Virus record (IMG/VR): IMGVR_UViG_3300048881_000698
Span: 64,001-128,000 of that record
DNA length: 64,000 bases
Source: a virus
Lineage: Duplodnaviria > Caudoviricetes
Strand: one strand, 5' to 3'
How positions within the stretch are numbered: position 1 is the first letter of the stretch; each line of letters opens with the position of its first letter. The notes under the pieces were generated by a model. The model did not search any database and was not told the origin of the DNA. It saw only the letters and a program-made list of their open reading frames with translations. The position numbers were made by a program, and so were the translations under genes. Of the stretch, positions 9,715 through 18,271 are shown in pieces.

Positions 9715-10534
9715 CTACCTCCTCTTCGTACCCGCACGAAGAACATGTAAAAGATTGATCCAGCGCGATGTTTGGCATTATCGTAGAATACATAAGTCTA
9801 AGATGTCTGGAATCTTGAGCCGGCATGGCATCAACAAACGAAGCAACTATCTCCGTATTACTCTCACCATTAACAGAGACAATCATCAATTTAAACTGAT
9901 CTGTCAAGATGGCCTCTGACAAATTATGTTTTTTTCGTCTTTCAGAAATTTGTGCCAGCTTTTTTTCGTCACGGCCGGTCAAAAACCGTACTTCTAAATT
10001 AATTTTAGACACTGGAAGTTCAATCGTAAACGTTCCACTTTCTGTTTCCATGACATTAGATGATTCAAGTTCTCCACCAGAATTTAATTTTTTTTGAGTT
10101 AAATCAAACATGTAATTTACAGTTTCAATACATGCTGGGCAAGTGGTTTTTGTTTCATACTCCTCGCCATAGCCAGTTATTCTTGCTGCGACGATAAGTG
10201 CATTTTTATCCCCTACTAGCAAATCATCAACTTTAATACTTTTATCGACAAGAATATTTTCTAACATTCTTTCAATTGCAACGCCCTTCTTTAAGAGAGA
10301 CCTAGAAGTTAGGATGTCTTCATCCTTTGCTGTCATATATCGTATTTCAAGTGTATCAGTACCATGCAAGGGGTGGCCACCAGGATAGTATTTGCCACCA
10401 GATGGCAATTCTACAAATTCTGTAGGTGTGGTGAAACTAAAAGTTGATTCCCTTTGTGCTGGTTGTTCAAGAGAAGGCGGAGGTGGAGAAGGCTGTACAG
10501 CGCCTACCCTGTCCTCATTATTTCTGACTGTCAT
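9674..10534 (-). CDS. gp26: T4 gp26-like baseplate hub assembly / tail assembly chaperone
   Basis: VELPSGGKYY, IRYMTAKDEDILT, CPAC and CSSC zinc knuckles, C-terminal DFFWP. Confidence 0.8.
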   Translation of the reverse strand: MTVRNNEDRVGAVQPSPPPPSLEQPAQRESTFSFTTPTEFVELPSGGKYYPGGHPLHGTDTLEIRYMTAKDEDILTSRSLLKKGVAIERMLENILVDKSIKVDDLLVGDKNALIVAARITGYGEEYETKTTCPACIETVNYMFDLTQKKLNSGGELESSNVMETESGTFTIELPVSKINLEVRFLTGRDEKKLAQISERRKKHNLSEAILTDQFKLMIVSVNGESNTEIVASFVDAMPAQDSRHLRLMYSTIMPNIALDQSFTCSSCGYEEEVDVPFTADFFWPRR

Positions 10535-10555
10535 ATTTTACCTCATTCAAATATT

Positions 10556-10583
10556 ATTATAACAGATTTTTTTTATATGTTAA
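10556..10583 (-). promoter_or_regulatory. Sigma70-like promoter for the gp26-like gene
   Basis: TTAACA-16 nt-TATAAT with extended TGn on the minus strand, followed by GAGG SD. Confidence 0.55.
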
Positions 10584-10592
10584 ATCTTTTTT

Positions 10593-11147
10593 TTACGTAC
10601 CGATTGTACCGGGCGGCTTGGTATGGGTTTCCAATTCGGCAAAATCATAACGAATTGTCAACTGAATATCAAGCATCGCATCGGAATCATAAGCCAAGTT
10701 TCCAAACTTGACACTTTTGATCCAAGGGTTAACAAAACTCCAAGTTTCGAGCTTTGCGTTTTCGGCGCCACGTTGTTCAATTTGAATTTTTGGCCCAAGA
10801 GCGTCTACCGCTTCGGCCTTGGAAATGGTAAATAAACCACCGTCTTCAGTCCGGGCACCGAAGGTGCCGCCTGGCGCCCTGTACCCGGCCCTTCCCAACA
10901 CTTTCATTAAAGCTTGCGAGCTGTCAGGATCAACAGGGTCAACAAGAGTAACACTAAGCTCATCCCAACTCAACTGACCGGGATAATAAAAATAGTGTCC
11001 ATAAAAATTATGAGAAGTTTCATTGATGGAGAAGCCCGGCTTGTCAACTGACTTGATCACAAATGATTCTAGCTGAGAGTTTCTCATGAAAAGCAGCCAT
11101 CGATGTGATCGTTTTGGCTCCAAAGTACTGTCTGTCCAAAATCCCAT
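10593..11147 (-). CDS. gp19: Tail tube protein (gp19-like)
   Basis: EPKRSHRW, KSVDKPGFSI, YYPGQLSWDELSVTLVDPV, WIKSVKFGNLAY...LTIRYD; follows the sheath gene. Confidence 0.88.
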   Translation of the reverse strand: MGFWTDSTLEPKRSHRWLLFMRNSQLESFVIKSVDKPGFSINETSHNFYGHYFYYPGQLSWDELSVTLVDPVDPDSSQALMKVLGRAGYRAPGGTFGARTEDGGLFTISKAEAVDALGPKIQIEQRGAENAKLETWSFVNPWIKSVKFGNLAYDSDAMLDIQLTIRYDFAELETHTKPPGTIGT

Positions 11148-11175
11148 ATTTTTATTTCTCCTTAAATATCTATAT

Positions 11176-11183
11176 TAAATAGT
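11176..11183 (-). promoter_or_regulatory. Candidate late promoter ACTATTTA (tail tube)
   Basis: 29 nt upstream of the ATG. Confidence 0.6.
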
Positions 11184-11206
11184 GTTGCTTATTAAAAGTT
11201 TCTTAA

Positions 11207-14200
11207 CTAATCGTCAAAAGAAGCTCCTGAATCTGTTATGATGAAATCCAAGGCAATGAATTCAATTGCTTGCGCAGGTTTCAAAAATACCTTGGCATAC
11301 ATAATGTTTCTATCAATCAGTTCTGGGGTTGTTGTAGTCTCATCTAGAACAACCTTAAAATCGGTCAAACCTAGACCGCCCTTGACATTGGAGAGGAACG
11401 TTTCAACCTGGCCTTTAAAGCCATTCCACGTCGCCGAAACGTTCTGTTCGAACAGAGTGGTTGCGGCAATTCGCGAGACTTGCTTCTTGATAAAGATTAA
11501 CAAGCGTCGAACATTGATTCTGTCCAATGCAGATGCTGTTACTTGCAGCGTCTTCTGTCCGAAAATCACAATGCCCTCTGCTGGGAATGTGGCAATAGGA
11601 TTGATATTGGCTGCATAAAGCTTGTCCCTATCATCAGATGAAAGTTGTAGTTTTACACCAGTTACTGGAACTCCAGCTGCTCCAGTAGACAGTCCGCCGC
11701 GAGTAAAGCCTGCAGGAGCAAACCAAAGCTCACGACGGGCTTCACTTGAACCCATTGTGCCTAAGGCGACGACGGAAGACGGAACATATAACAAAGCATT
11801 AGAAATGGTATCTCTAATCTGAACCCATGGAAAGTAAGCACATCCATAACTCGAGTTAATTTGTCGAGCCTTCAGTTTGTTTACCGCCAGAATAACATCC
11901 GGTTTTCTGGCTGATTCTGTTAAGCCAGCTTCCTCACCATCATGCGGAGGCACATAATCTTTCTCGAGATCAATGATAGCTAAAGCATCTCCGCGATCTT
12001 CACAAATACTAATGAGGTGCTCGGTAAGAGCTGGCTGCGTGATTCCGGGCATTACGGCTAAGTTCATCTCTGCTACTTCTGCGTCCCTAACACTGTCAAT
12101 TGCTCTCTTGATAGAGTAGAAAGCATAGTTGTTGGTATCAGAGCCATTAGCAGTAATAAAAGTGTTTCTAAATGGGTCTTTTTCCGTAACATCAAAGCCG
12201 TCGGAGCCTCCGTGGAAAACGGTAGTGAACCGATTGTATCCTAGGCCACTTCCAGTTAACAGCGCACTTGAACCGCTCATAGAAGTAGCGGATCCGCGCA
12301 CCCAGGGCTTAGAATCGTCAACAAGATGTGTCGCTCGTGAACCAGATGTATACGAAGCTCCAATGCTGCCAGACTCGCAAAGATTGTCTAACGAGAAAAC
12401 GTACATGTATTCGAGTTCGGTGGGACTATCGGAAACGTCCGGGCCAAGAGTGCTTATCGGTCGGAGAGTTTCCAAAAGACTGCGGTCTAATTTGGTTGAA
12501 CCACTTTTGGCCAAGTCCACGCCCCAATATTGCATGGAAGGCTTCGGCAAGTTTCCTTGGGTTCCGTGTAATTTTAGAGGGATCTTGGGGAACAAGAACG
12601 AGCCATTTAAACCAGGTGTTGTGAGAATAGCATCGGTATGTGCGATTTTGAGGGCTGCTGTCCGCGGTTCGATTTGATTTTTCGTTGGGTCTATAAAGTG
12701 ACCGTCAGCCAAATCGGTGTCGACTGTAAGCCCGGTTTTGCCGCCAGAGAAGTTGTCGGCCACCGCCACGATAAGCGGCCGGGTCGACGCTAGGGGTGTC
12801 GTCCCGGTTATATTGCCAGCATTCCCGGTAGTAGTCATGGTAAGTGTTATTCTTGTGTCTGTAGTCCCTTCCGCAGCGGTGACGCCAGGAACACCACCAG
12901 TTGCCCCATTTCCCGACGTTGCGGCTGTGACATTAACATTTGTGTCACCATTAATAGCATCAATTATCGCCGCGGTAGCAGCGGCAGAGTCGGCCAGGGC
13001 TTGAATACCAACACCAATCGTACCCGGAGCGTCAACGTCATCACCATCAGTGCTGGTATGGCTAACATAAACCCAGGTGATTGTCCCTGCGCCGCCAGCA
13101 GCCGTAGGTATGGTAAACGAGATGTTGACATTCTCGGCTGCACCGCCGGGGTTGATGTCGTCGCACTCAAGTGCGTCAACCGATGTTGCGGCAACAGCAA
13201 TTTCTGTTCCAGCATCTTTAAGCTTCGGCGGCCCAAAGAAACCAAAGGGAAGTAATCGGTCTTCGACTCCACCAGCGTGAACAGTGTCATTCATCTGCAC
13301 GTAAACATATTTTGACATGTTGGTGTAGTTGCCAAAGTGACGATATCGCCTTTCAGACTCATCCCATTCAATGTACTTGTCACCAATCTTTCTAGCAACA
13401 TAATTTGCAGAGTTTGGATTCAAATCACATGAAGTAAATCTCTCGATAACTTTTGGTGCCTTATCAAGATCATCAATTTTTCTGAGGACTACAGTAAACG
13501 TACCAAAATCACTAAGTTTATTAGTTGATGGTTTGATTGCTTCAATTGATATTTTAACGTTTTTCTGCAACCATTCTCCTTCCTCATGGGCAACAAGTTT
13601 AAACAATTGTTGTTGATTCGCAGGTTTGAAGTTTGCGGGATCTCCCATATCCTGGCTGATAAACCATCCAGTGCGAGCTTTTGATGCTTCCCTCTGTCGG
13701 TCTGCGTATTCTTCGCCCGAAGAACCTTGGTTTGTAAGACCTACAAAAACACCATGAGTAACATCATTTAAACCTGACAAACCTGTACGAGGGGAGCCAC
13801 TTTGACCATAAGTTTCCTCAGCCATTAACGACCTTTCAAACGTTTCTCCCAAGAAATACGTCTTTTGTTCAGATGCAATTGTGATACCTGAATTCGTTAG
13901 AGTTGGGTTTGTGTTAAAAACTTTTCTAATATAGTTATCAGAATTTTCATCAAAATTGAAAACAAATCTTTCCGCTGTGTTGTCGCGGACCGCGTCTTGA
14001 CTGCCTATTTGAGCAGTGAATTCAGCGCCTCTATTGGCAGTGCTCACGGCAATTGGAATACATTGTGATGCAGTTGTGGTGTGTGAAACCGCATCGCCAG
14101 CTAAGTTTGTGTGCTGCGGCGCCTGCTCCATTGTTCCAGACAAAACAATCGCGCCGGATGCGTCATCAGAATAAAATACAGCTCCCAAATTCAATTTTTG

Positions 14201-14665
14201 TTCACCGGTAGATGAGGTGGCCATCAAGAACAGGCCATAGGCGCCGCCTTTATCAGCATTTGCTCCCGTGCCGGCGCCGCCAACGTTGCCCATGTCCCAG
14301 CCGGCGTTGGCAGGCGACGGAGTAGTAGGTGTGTCGCGGTTTGGATGATGATTGCCAAGAAGTCTTACAATTGTAGCAGGGGTGTTGTTTCTTAGCCAAG
14401 CTTGAGCTGCATAGCCTCCATACATTGGAGAGCTATAATTTCCATCTCTAAATACATCGCCGCCTCTTCCACCTGGAACTGGATTTCCAAATAGCTCTAC
14501 ATATTCTGAGAAAGACTTGACCATAACAGGCCTCATTGCGGGGCCACGCTCTGTTCGACCAATAATTACTGGACCGATTTCAGGCCCAACATTTGGCAAC
14601 TGCGAGTTGTCAATTTCTTCTAGAAATATTCCTGGCGAAACAAAATTAAACTTTTTTTCGGACAT
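11207..14665 (-). CDS. gp18: Contractile tail sheath protein (gp18-like) with an in-frame inserted module
   Basis: FVSPGIFLEEIDNS N-terminus; YFPWV, WFAPAGFTRG, INPIATFP, GQKTLQ, LDRINVRRLL, AIEFIALDF. Confidence 0.95.
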   Translation of the reverse strand: MSEKKFNFVSPGIFLEEIDNSQLPNVGPEIGPVIIGRTERGPAMRPVMVKSFSEYVELFGNPVPGGRGGDVFRDGNYSSPMYGGYAAQAWLRNNTPATIVRLLGNHHPNRDTPTTPSPANAGWDMGNVGGAGTGANADKGGAYGLFLMATSSTGEQKLNLGAVFYSDDASGAIVLSGTMEQAPQHTNLAGDAVSHTTTASQCIPIAVSTANRGAEFTAQIGSQDAVRDNTAERFVFNFDENSDNYIRKVFNTNPTLTNSGITIASEQKTYFLGETFERSLMAEETYGQSGSPRTGLSGLNDVTHGVFVGLTNQGSSGEEYADRQREASKARTGWFISQDMGDPANFKPANQQQLFKLVAHEEGEWLQKNVKISIEAIKPSTNKLSDFGTFTVVLRKIDDLDKAPKVIERFTSCDLNPNSANYVARKIGDKYIEWDESERRYRHFGNYTNMSKYVYVQMNDTVHAGGVEDRLLPFGFFGPPKLKDAGTEIAVAATSVDALECDDINPGGAAENVNISFTIPTAAGGAGTITWVYVSHTSTDGDDVDAPGTIGVGIQALADSAAATAAIIDAINGDTNVNVTAATSGNGATGGVPGVTAAEGTTDTRITLTMTTTGNAGNITGTTPLASTRPLIVAVADNFSGGKTGLTVDTDLADGHFIDPTKNQIEPRTAALKIAHTDAILTTPGLNGSFLFPKIPLKLHGTQGNLPKPSMQYWGVDLAKSGSTKLDRSLLETLRPISTLGPDVSDSPTELEYMYVFSLDNLCESGSIGASYTSGSRATHLVDDSKPWVRGSATSMSGSSALLTGSGLGYNRFTTVFHGGSDGFDVTEKDPFRNTFITANGSDTNNYAFYSIKRAIDSVRDAEVAEMNLAVMPGITQPALTEHLISICEDRGDALAIIDLEKDYVPPHDGEEAGLTESARKPDVILAVNKLKARQINSSYGCAYFPWVQIRDTISNALLYVPSSVVALGTMGSSEARRELWFAPAGFTRGGLSTGAAGVPVTGVKLQLSSDDRDKLYAANINPIATFPAEGIVIFGQKTLQVTASALDRINVRRLLIFIKKQVSRIAATTLFEQNVSATWNGFKGQVETFLSNVKGGLGLTDFKVVLDETTTTPELIDRNIMYAKVFLKPAQAIEFIALDFIITDSGASFDD
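12740..13195 (-). repeat. Inserted ATAT...FxGG module in the sheath gene (C-type)
   Basis: VAATSVDAL...IIDAING...GVTAAEG...ITLTMTTTGNAGN...NFSGG aligns by eye with the modules at 56863-57312 and 52633-53061. Confidence 0.7.
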
Positions 14666-14708
14666 GCTATACGTTCTCCTCGATAAATGTGTGTAAACAA
14701 TTCTTTAA

Positions 14709-14716
14709 TAAATAGT
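14709..14716 (-). promoter_or_regulatory. Candidate late promoter ACTATTTA (sheath)
   Basis: Intergenic, 44 nt upstream of the ATG. Confidence 0.6.
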
Positions 14717-14740
14717 CGGAAAACTTCTGAAAGGTAAAAA

Positions 14741-15595
14741 CTATTCTCTATAAAAACCTCTCTTATCAATATGTTCTGGTTCGTCTCCAGTCATAACTCG
14801 TTCACGAGGCATTTTTGCCTCGACAGCGTTTTCCCTAATTACAATTTTTGGCTGTTCTTGGTTCTTATCTTCACCAATTATATACCCTAATACTTTTATA
14901 TTAATATCCGCTTGATACATCTTTTCACTAGTGGCTAAATTTGCTGCATTTGTTGTTGGCGTGAAACTGTCTTCAATAAATGCTTCATACTTATGTTCAT
15001 TTCTTTTTAAGAGAAAATGGTTTACTGCCCCAGTTCTTGTGATAAAAGGGGTGACCATCTGATTCATTTGTTGCTGATATTCACATCTTAATGTAACTCT
15101 GTACATCATTTCTACGTATACGGGAAGAGGGATTGAAATATTTTGATAAACAATCTTCTCATTTTTCTTTGGAAAATTGACTTGTTTTCTTAACCTATGT
15201 GCATCTGCATTCGCAAAATTTGAAGTTTTATCTTGATTTATGATCCTTCCGATGGTGATGGAACCTCCTTTTTCATCTAGGCCCGGAGGAATATGAGCTT
15301 GAAAAATGCCCTTATTAGCCAAATTTTTGCTAAGAGAGGTCCTGTCAACTGTGATGATAGGTAAAATTAATATTCCTTTATCATCTCGTAATTCTTTATT
15401 ATTTTTTACTTGAAATGCTCTTTCAGCTGATAACCATATAACTGGTGTTTTTTTGAATCCCTTGTTGGTCTCACAAGAAATATCGAATTCGTTATTTATA
15501 TACTCAAACAACGCTTTATCTATGTTTTCCAAAGTAGAAGGTTGAATTAATTTTTCTTCCAATACATTGGTGCTTATCAAAATGTTATTTGGCAT
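14741..15595 (-). CDS. gp15: Tail terminator / sheath stabiliser (gp15-like)
   Basis: PVIWLSAER, LILPIITVDRT, LPVYVEMMYRVTL...QQMNQM; lies between neck and sheath genes. Start moved to the ATG at 15595, which overlaps the upstream gene end. Confidence 0.65.
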   Translation of the reverse strand: MPNNILISTNVLEEKLIQPSTLENIDKALFEYINNEFDISCETNKGFKKTPVIWLSAERAFQVKNNKELRDDKGILILPIITVDRTSLSKNLANKGIFQAHIPPGLDEKGGSITIGRIINQDKTSNFANADAHRLRKQVNFPKKNEKIVYQNISIPLPVYVEMMYRVTLRCEYQQQMNQMVTPFITRTGAVNHFLLKRNEHKYEAFIEDSFTPTTNAANLATSEKMYQADINIKVLGYIIGEDKNQEQPKIVIRENAVEAKMPRERVMTGDEPEHIDKRGFYRE

Positions 15596-16070
15596 CGAAA
15601 AGGCCCTCACGTGCTTTAATACACTCTGCTGAGATTTCAAATTTATGATCTATCTGGCCGAACAATTGTCTAGACTCGGCCAACGAAACAATTTCATAAT
15701 AAATATCACCATATAAAACAAAGTCGCCAACTCTAACAAACAGATCTTGATCCTCTGTTAATCTCCTTTTATGAAATTGAACTGTGATGGTTGATTCGCT
15801 ATCAATTCCAACATTGCCCATAAAAGTTGTTTGGACGCCGCCAAAAGTTACCAGGGCATATACTCTGACAGGTGGCAAAAAAGATTTGGTCATAGCTTCA
15901 CCATAAAGATCGTGAAAGTTTGTATGCTCCAGGCTTATTGGATAATACAAAATTTGCTGACCTATTACTCTTTCAATGAGTTCATCGTTTACTTGCTTGA
16001 CAAGATCGCGTTCTTTCTTGCCGATAAATAAAGGAGGCGGTGGCTGTTTTGGCTGAGACCATTTTGGCAT
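15585..16070 (-). CDS. gp14: Neck / head completion protein (gp14-like)
   Basis: ERDLVKQVNDELIERVIGQQILYY...DLYGE, VRVGDFV; synteny. Confidence 0.7.
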   Translation of the reverse strand: MPKWSQPKQPPPPLFIGKKERDLVKQVNDELIERVIGQQILYYPISLEHTNFHDLYGEAMTKSFLPPVRVYALVTFGGVQTTFMGNVGIDSESTITVQFHKRRLTEDQDLFVRVGDFVLYGDIYYEIVSLAESRQLFGQIDHKFEISAECIKAREGLFDAK

Positions 16071-16088
16071 TTGTCAGCTTCTCCTCCC

Positions 16089-17363
16089 TTATCCTACAAA
16101 CACAGGCAATGGTATTTTTGCTTGCAAGCTTACAGCTGTATCAGCCATGTTTGCTTCTAGCTCTGCTAATTTAGCATATGTTAGTTCATCAAGAACTCCC
16201 TTCAATTCATCTCTTAGCGCAATTTGTTCTGCTTGTGCGTGGCCAACTAGTTCTGCACCATTCAGACTTATCCCCTCGCCAGGAATTGGTATTGTTGCAA
16301 ACTTTCCTCTTATGTATCCTAACATTTCTTTACACAATGCAAGAGTAAACCTTCTAATCCATTGTTTTCCTATTGAATTTATGTGGCTAAATGGTATGTT
16401 TTCAAAGGGCAACGTGTTCATATTGTTAATGCCCGTAGTGTTAGTTTTCTTATCTTCGTCTTGGTCCCATGCATCTTTTTTGTTACGAATTGTATATTCA
16501 AACCACATCTTTCTTGGGCCAACTTCAGTCATGACGGGAAACACTCTAAGTTTATTGTTTCTTAGCTCAAATGAGTAGTGAGAATTCCTTGTGTAGATCG
16601 CACTTTCAAAACTTTTAGCTTGAAGTTTGTTTTGCCATACCGGTACAATTTGAAACTGTGAATCGTCGGCAAACTGACCGTAATTCTGAAGATTTCCTAC
16701 GGTATTCAGCCCTCCATAATAACCATAAAATCTCCACATAGCTTGTGGAGACTTATAATATACTTTCTTTATTAATATTTTACTGTTGTCTACTTTAGAA
16801 CCAGCACTTTCCTGCACAATACTTTGTAAGTCGTAATCTTGCTGATCGACAACTGTGTCAAAGGAAGCAGAATAGACTGTATCATATCCCCCAACGCCGG
16901 CTTCTGTGGAGAAGGCATCTCCTATACGTCTTGCGTATGTAAATTCGACATTAGGGAATCTAAGCGCAACATTCGAACCGCTCACTGATTTGCCAGTGGC
17001 CATATTAATGCTGCCAGAGTGTATAATTCCGTCATGGTCAAAGCTTCCTGTCGTTCCGCCAAGCATTGAGGATAATGAATTTTTTGCCTGGTGTACGTTT
17101 ACAATGTATGAATATTCTAAGCAAGCTTCTTCATAAGCTGCGTAGACGTTGCCTTCTGTAAGCTCTACATCTAAGACATCTCCGCCTAATTTCTTGTATG
17201 TGTAGGCGACCTGATCGACGGCACCTGCTTTGAAATCGGCTGCTCCTGACACGCGGAGATACATCCCAAACGATAAAGACGAGGAGACATTGCTGATGTT
17301 ACCTGTTACCGGAAGTCTTATAGCGCTTGTTGTGCTTGACGGTGTTAAACGTGAGGTTGCCAT
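16089..17363 (-). CDS. gp13: Neck protein (gp13-like)
   Basis: KKLGGDVLDVEL, WIRRFTLALCKEMLGYIRGKFATIPIPGEGISLNG. Confidence 0.8.
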   Translation of the reverse strand: MATSRLTPSSTTSAIRLPVTGNISNVSSSLSFGMYLRVSGAADFKAGAVDQVAYTYKKLGGDVLDVELTEGNVYAAYEEACLEYSYIVNVHQAKNSLSSMLGGTTGSFDHDGIIHSGSINMATGKSVSGSNVALRFPNVEFTYARRIGDAFSTEAGVGGYDTVYSASFDTVVDQQDYDLQSIVQESAGSKVDNSKILIKKVYYKSPQAMWRFYGYYGGLNTVGNLQNYGQFADDSQFQIVPVWQNKLQAKSFESAIYTRNSHYSFELRNNKLRVFPVMTEVGPRKMWFEYTIRNKKDAWDQDEDKKTNTTGINNMNTLPFENIPFSHINSIGKQWIRRFTLALCKEMLGYIRGKFATIPIPGEGISLNGAELVGHAQAEQIALRDELKGVLDELTYAKLAELEANMADTAVSLQAKIPLPVFVG

Positions 17364-17386
17364 TCATTAGATTCTCCTATACACAT

Positions 17387-17394
17387 TAAATAGT
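17387..17394 (-). promoter_or_regulatory. Candidate late promoter ACTATTTA (neck)
   Basis: Immediately downstream of a terminator, where re-initiation is needed. Confidence 0.65.
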
Positions 17395-17402
17395 TTGGCG
17401 GG

Positions 17403-17440
17403 AAAAGAAAACCCCACCTGAAATTAATCAAGTGGGGTTT
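17403..17440 (-). terminator. Rho-independent terminator
   Basis: AAACCCCAC...GTGGGGTTT stem followed by TCTTTT on the minus strand. Confidence 0.75.
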
Positions 17441-17471
17441 AATTTTAATAAATCGAAAAGTTTATTGGTTA

Positions 17472-18113
17472 TTATACAGCGGAGATGGCGAGGTGTGTGC
17501 TAGTGAACGCTCCACTTCCTAGCTGGCTTCCTCTCCATGCGATTCTCCAAAAGCCATCGACAGCACAATAAAACGCAAGCTCGGCGTCCTTATTCGTTTG
17601 ATTATTGGTGGCCACGCCGGTGAAAGATATTTTATTATGGGTGGTGCCATCCATGGTCCTTAGCCCGGAATGGGAGTTGGTGGCCTGCGTCCAGCTCGTC
17701 TGGATTGCTCGCTTAGTGATGACCTGACCAGCGCTGATATTCGAGACGTTAAGATTAATCGTTCCAGCGGCCAAGAGGTCACCTGACGCACAGGTGAATG
17801 ACAACACGTCGTCGTCATCGTATTGCCCGGTGAAGCGAAAGACCGTCAGCGCGCCTTGAGCCGCGGCCGGCAAGGTAAGTGCTGCAGTCTCAGTGCCGAT
17901 GGCAGCGCTTTCATAAATATATCCATCTACCATGGAAGGGCCGGCCTCGGTTTCGGCCGCATTTAATACCGATACGGTCATTCCATCCCAGTCTTCAGTT
18001 GCGAATCTAATGTAATTACTAGAAATTGTATTGGAAGTAAGCTCCTGCACATTTGCCTTCATCACAGGCCTCATAGACCTTCTTAGTAAATTGACTGCTC
18101 TTTTTGAACCCAT
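17472..18113 (-). CDS. Putative capsid decoration/fibre protein
   Basis: Directly after the MCP; Ala/Thr-rich beta-type sequence. Start re-assigned to the ATG at 18113, which has a GAGGAG SD. Confidence 0.5.
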   Translation of the reverse strand: MGSKRAVNLLRRSMRPVMKANVQELTSNTISSNYIRFATEDWDGMTVSVLNAAETEAGPSMVDGYIYESAAIGTETAALTLPAAAQGALTVFRFTGQYDDDDVLSFTCASGDLLAAGTINLNVSNISAGQVITKRAIQTSWTQATNSHSGLRTMDGTTHNKISFTGVATNNQTNKDAELAFYCAVDGFWRIAWRGSQLGSGAFTSTHLAISAV

Positions 18114-18167
18114 TATTTCTTTCTCCTCTAAATGAATGGAATTGCGGGCATGCCGCTTATACATCTA

Positions 18168-18175
18168 TAAGTAGT
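18168..18175 (-). promoter_or_regulatory. Candidate late promoter ACTACTTA
   Basis: Immediately downstream of the MCP terminator. Confidence 0.6.
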
Positions 18176-18187
18176 ATAGTCAATATG

Positions 18188-18225
18188 AAAAAGAAGGCCC
18201 CGAGTTCTCACTCGGGGCCTTTTTA
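18188..18225 (-). terminator. Rho-independent terminator after the major capsid gene (bidirectional shape)
   Basis: AAGGCCCCGAG-loop-CTCGGGGCCTT flanked by A and T tracts. Confidence 0.85.
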
Positions 18226-18271
18226 TGCCAAACTCCTAATTTTACTTAGGAATTATCTTTATCTTTTAGGA

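Noticed and set aside
2236-14665. Bacterial contractile injection system (eCIS/tailocin)
   Set aside because: The tail genes are contiguous with capsid, portal, terminase and protease genes, so this is a complete phage morphogenesis region.
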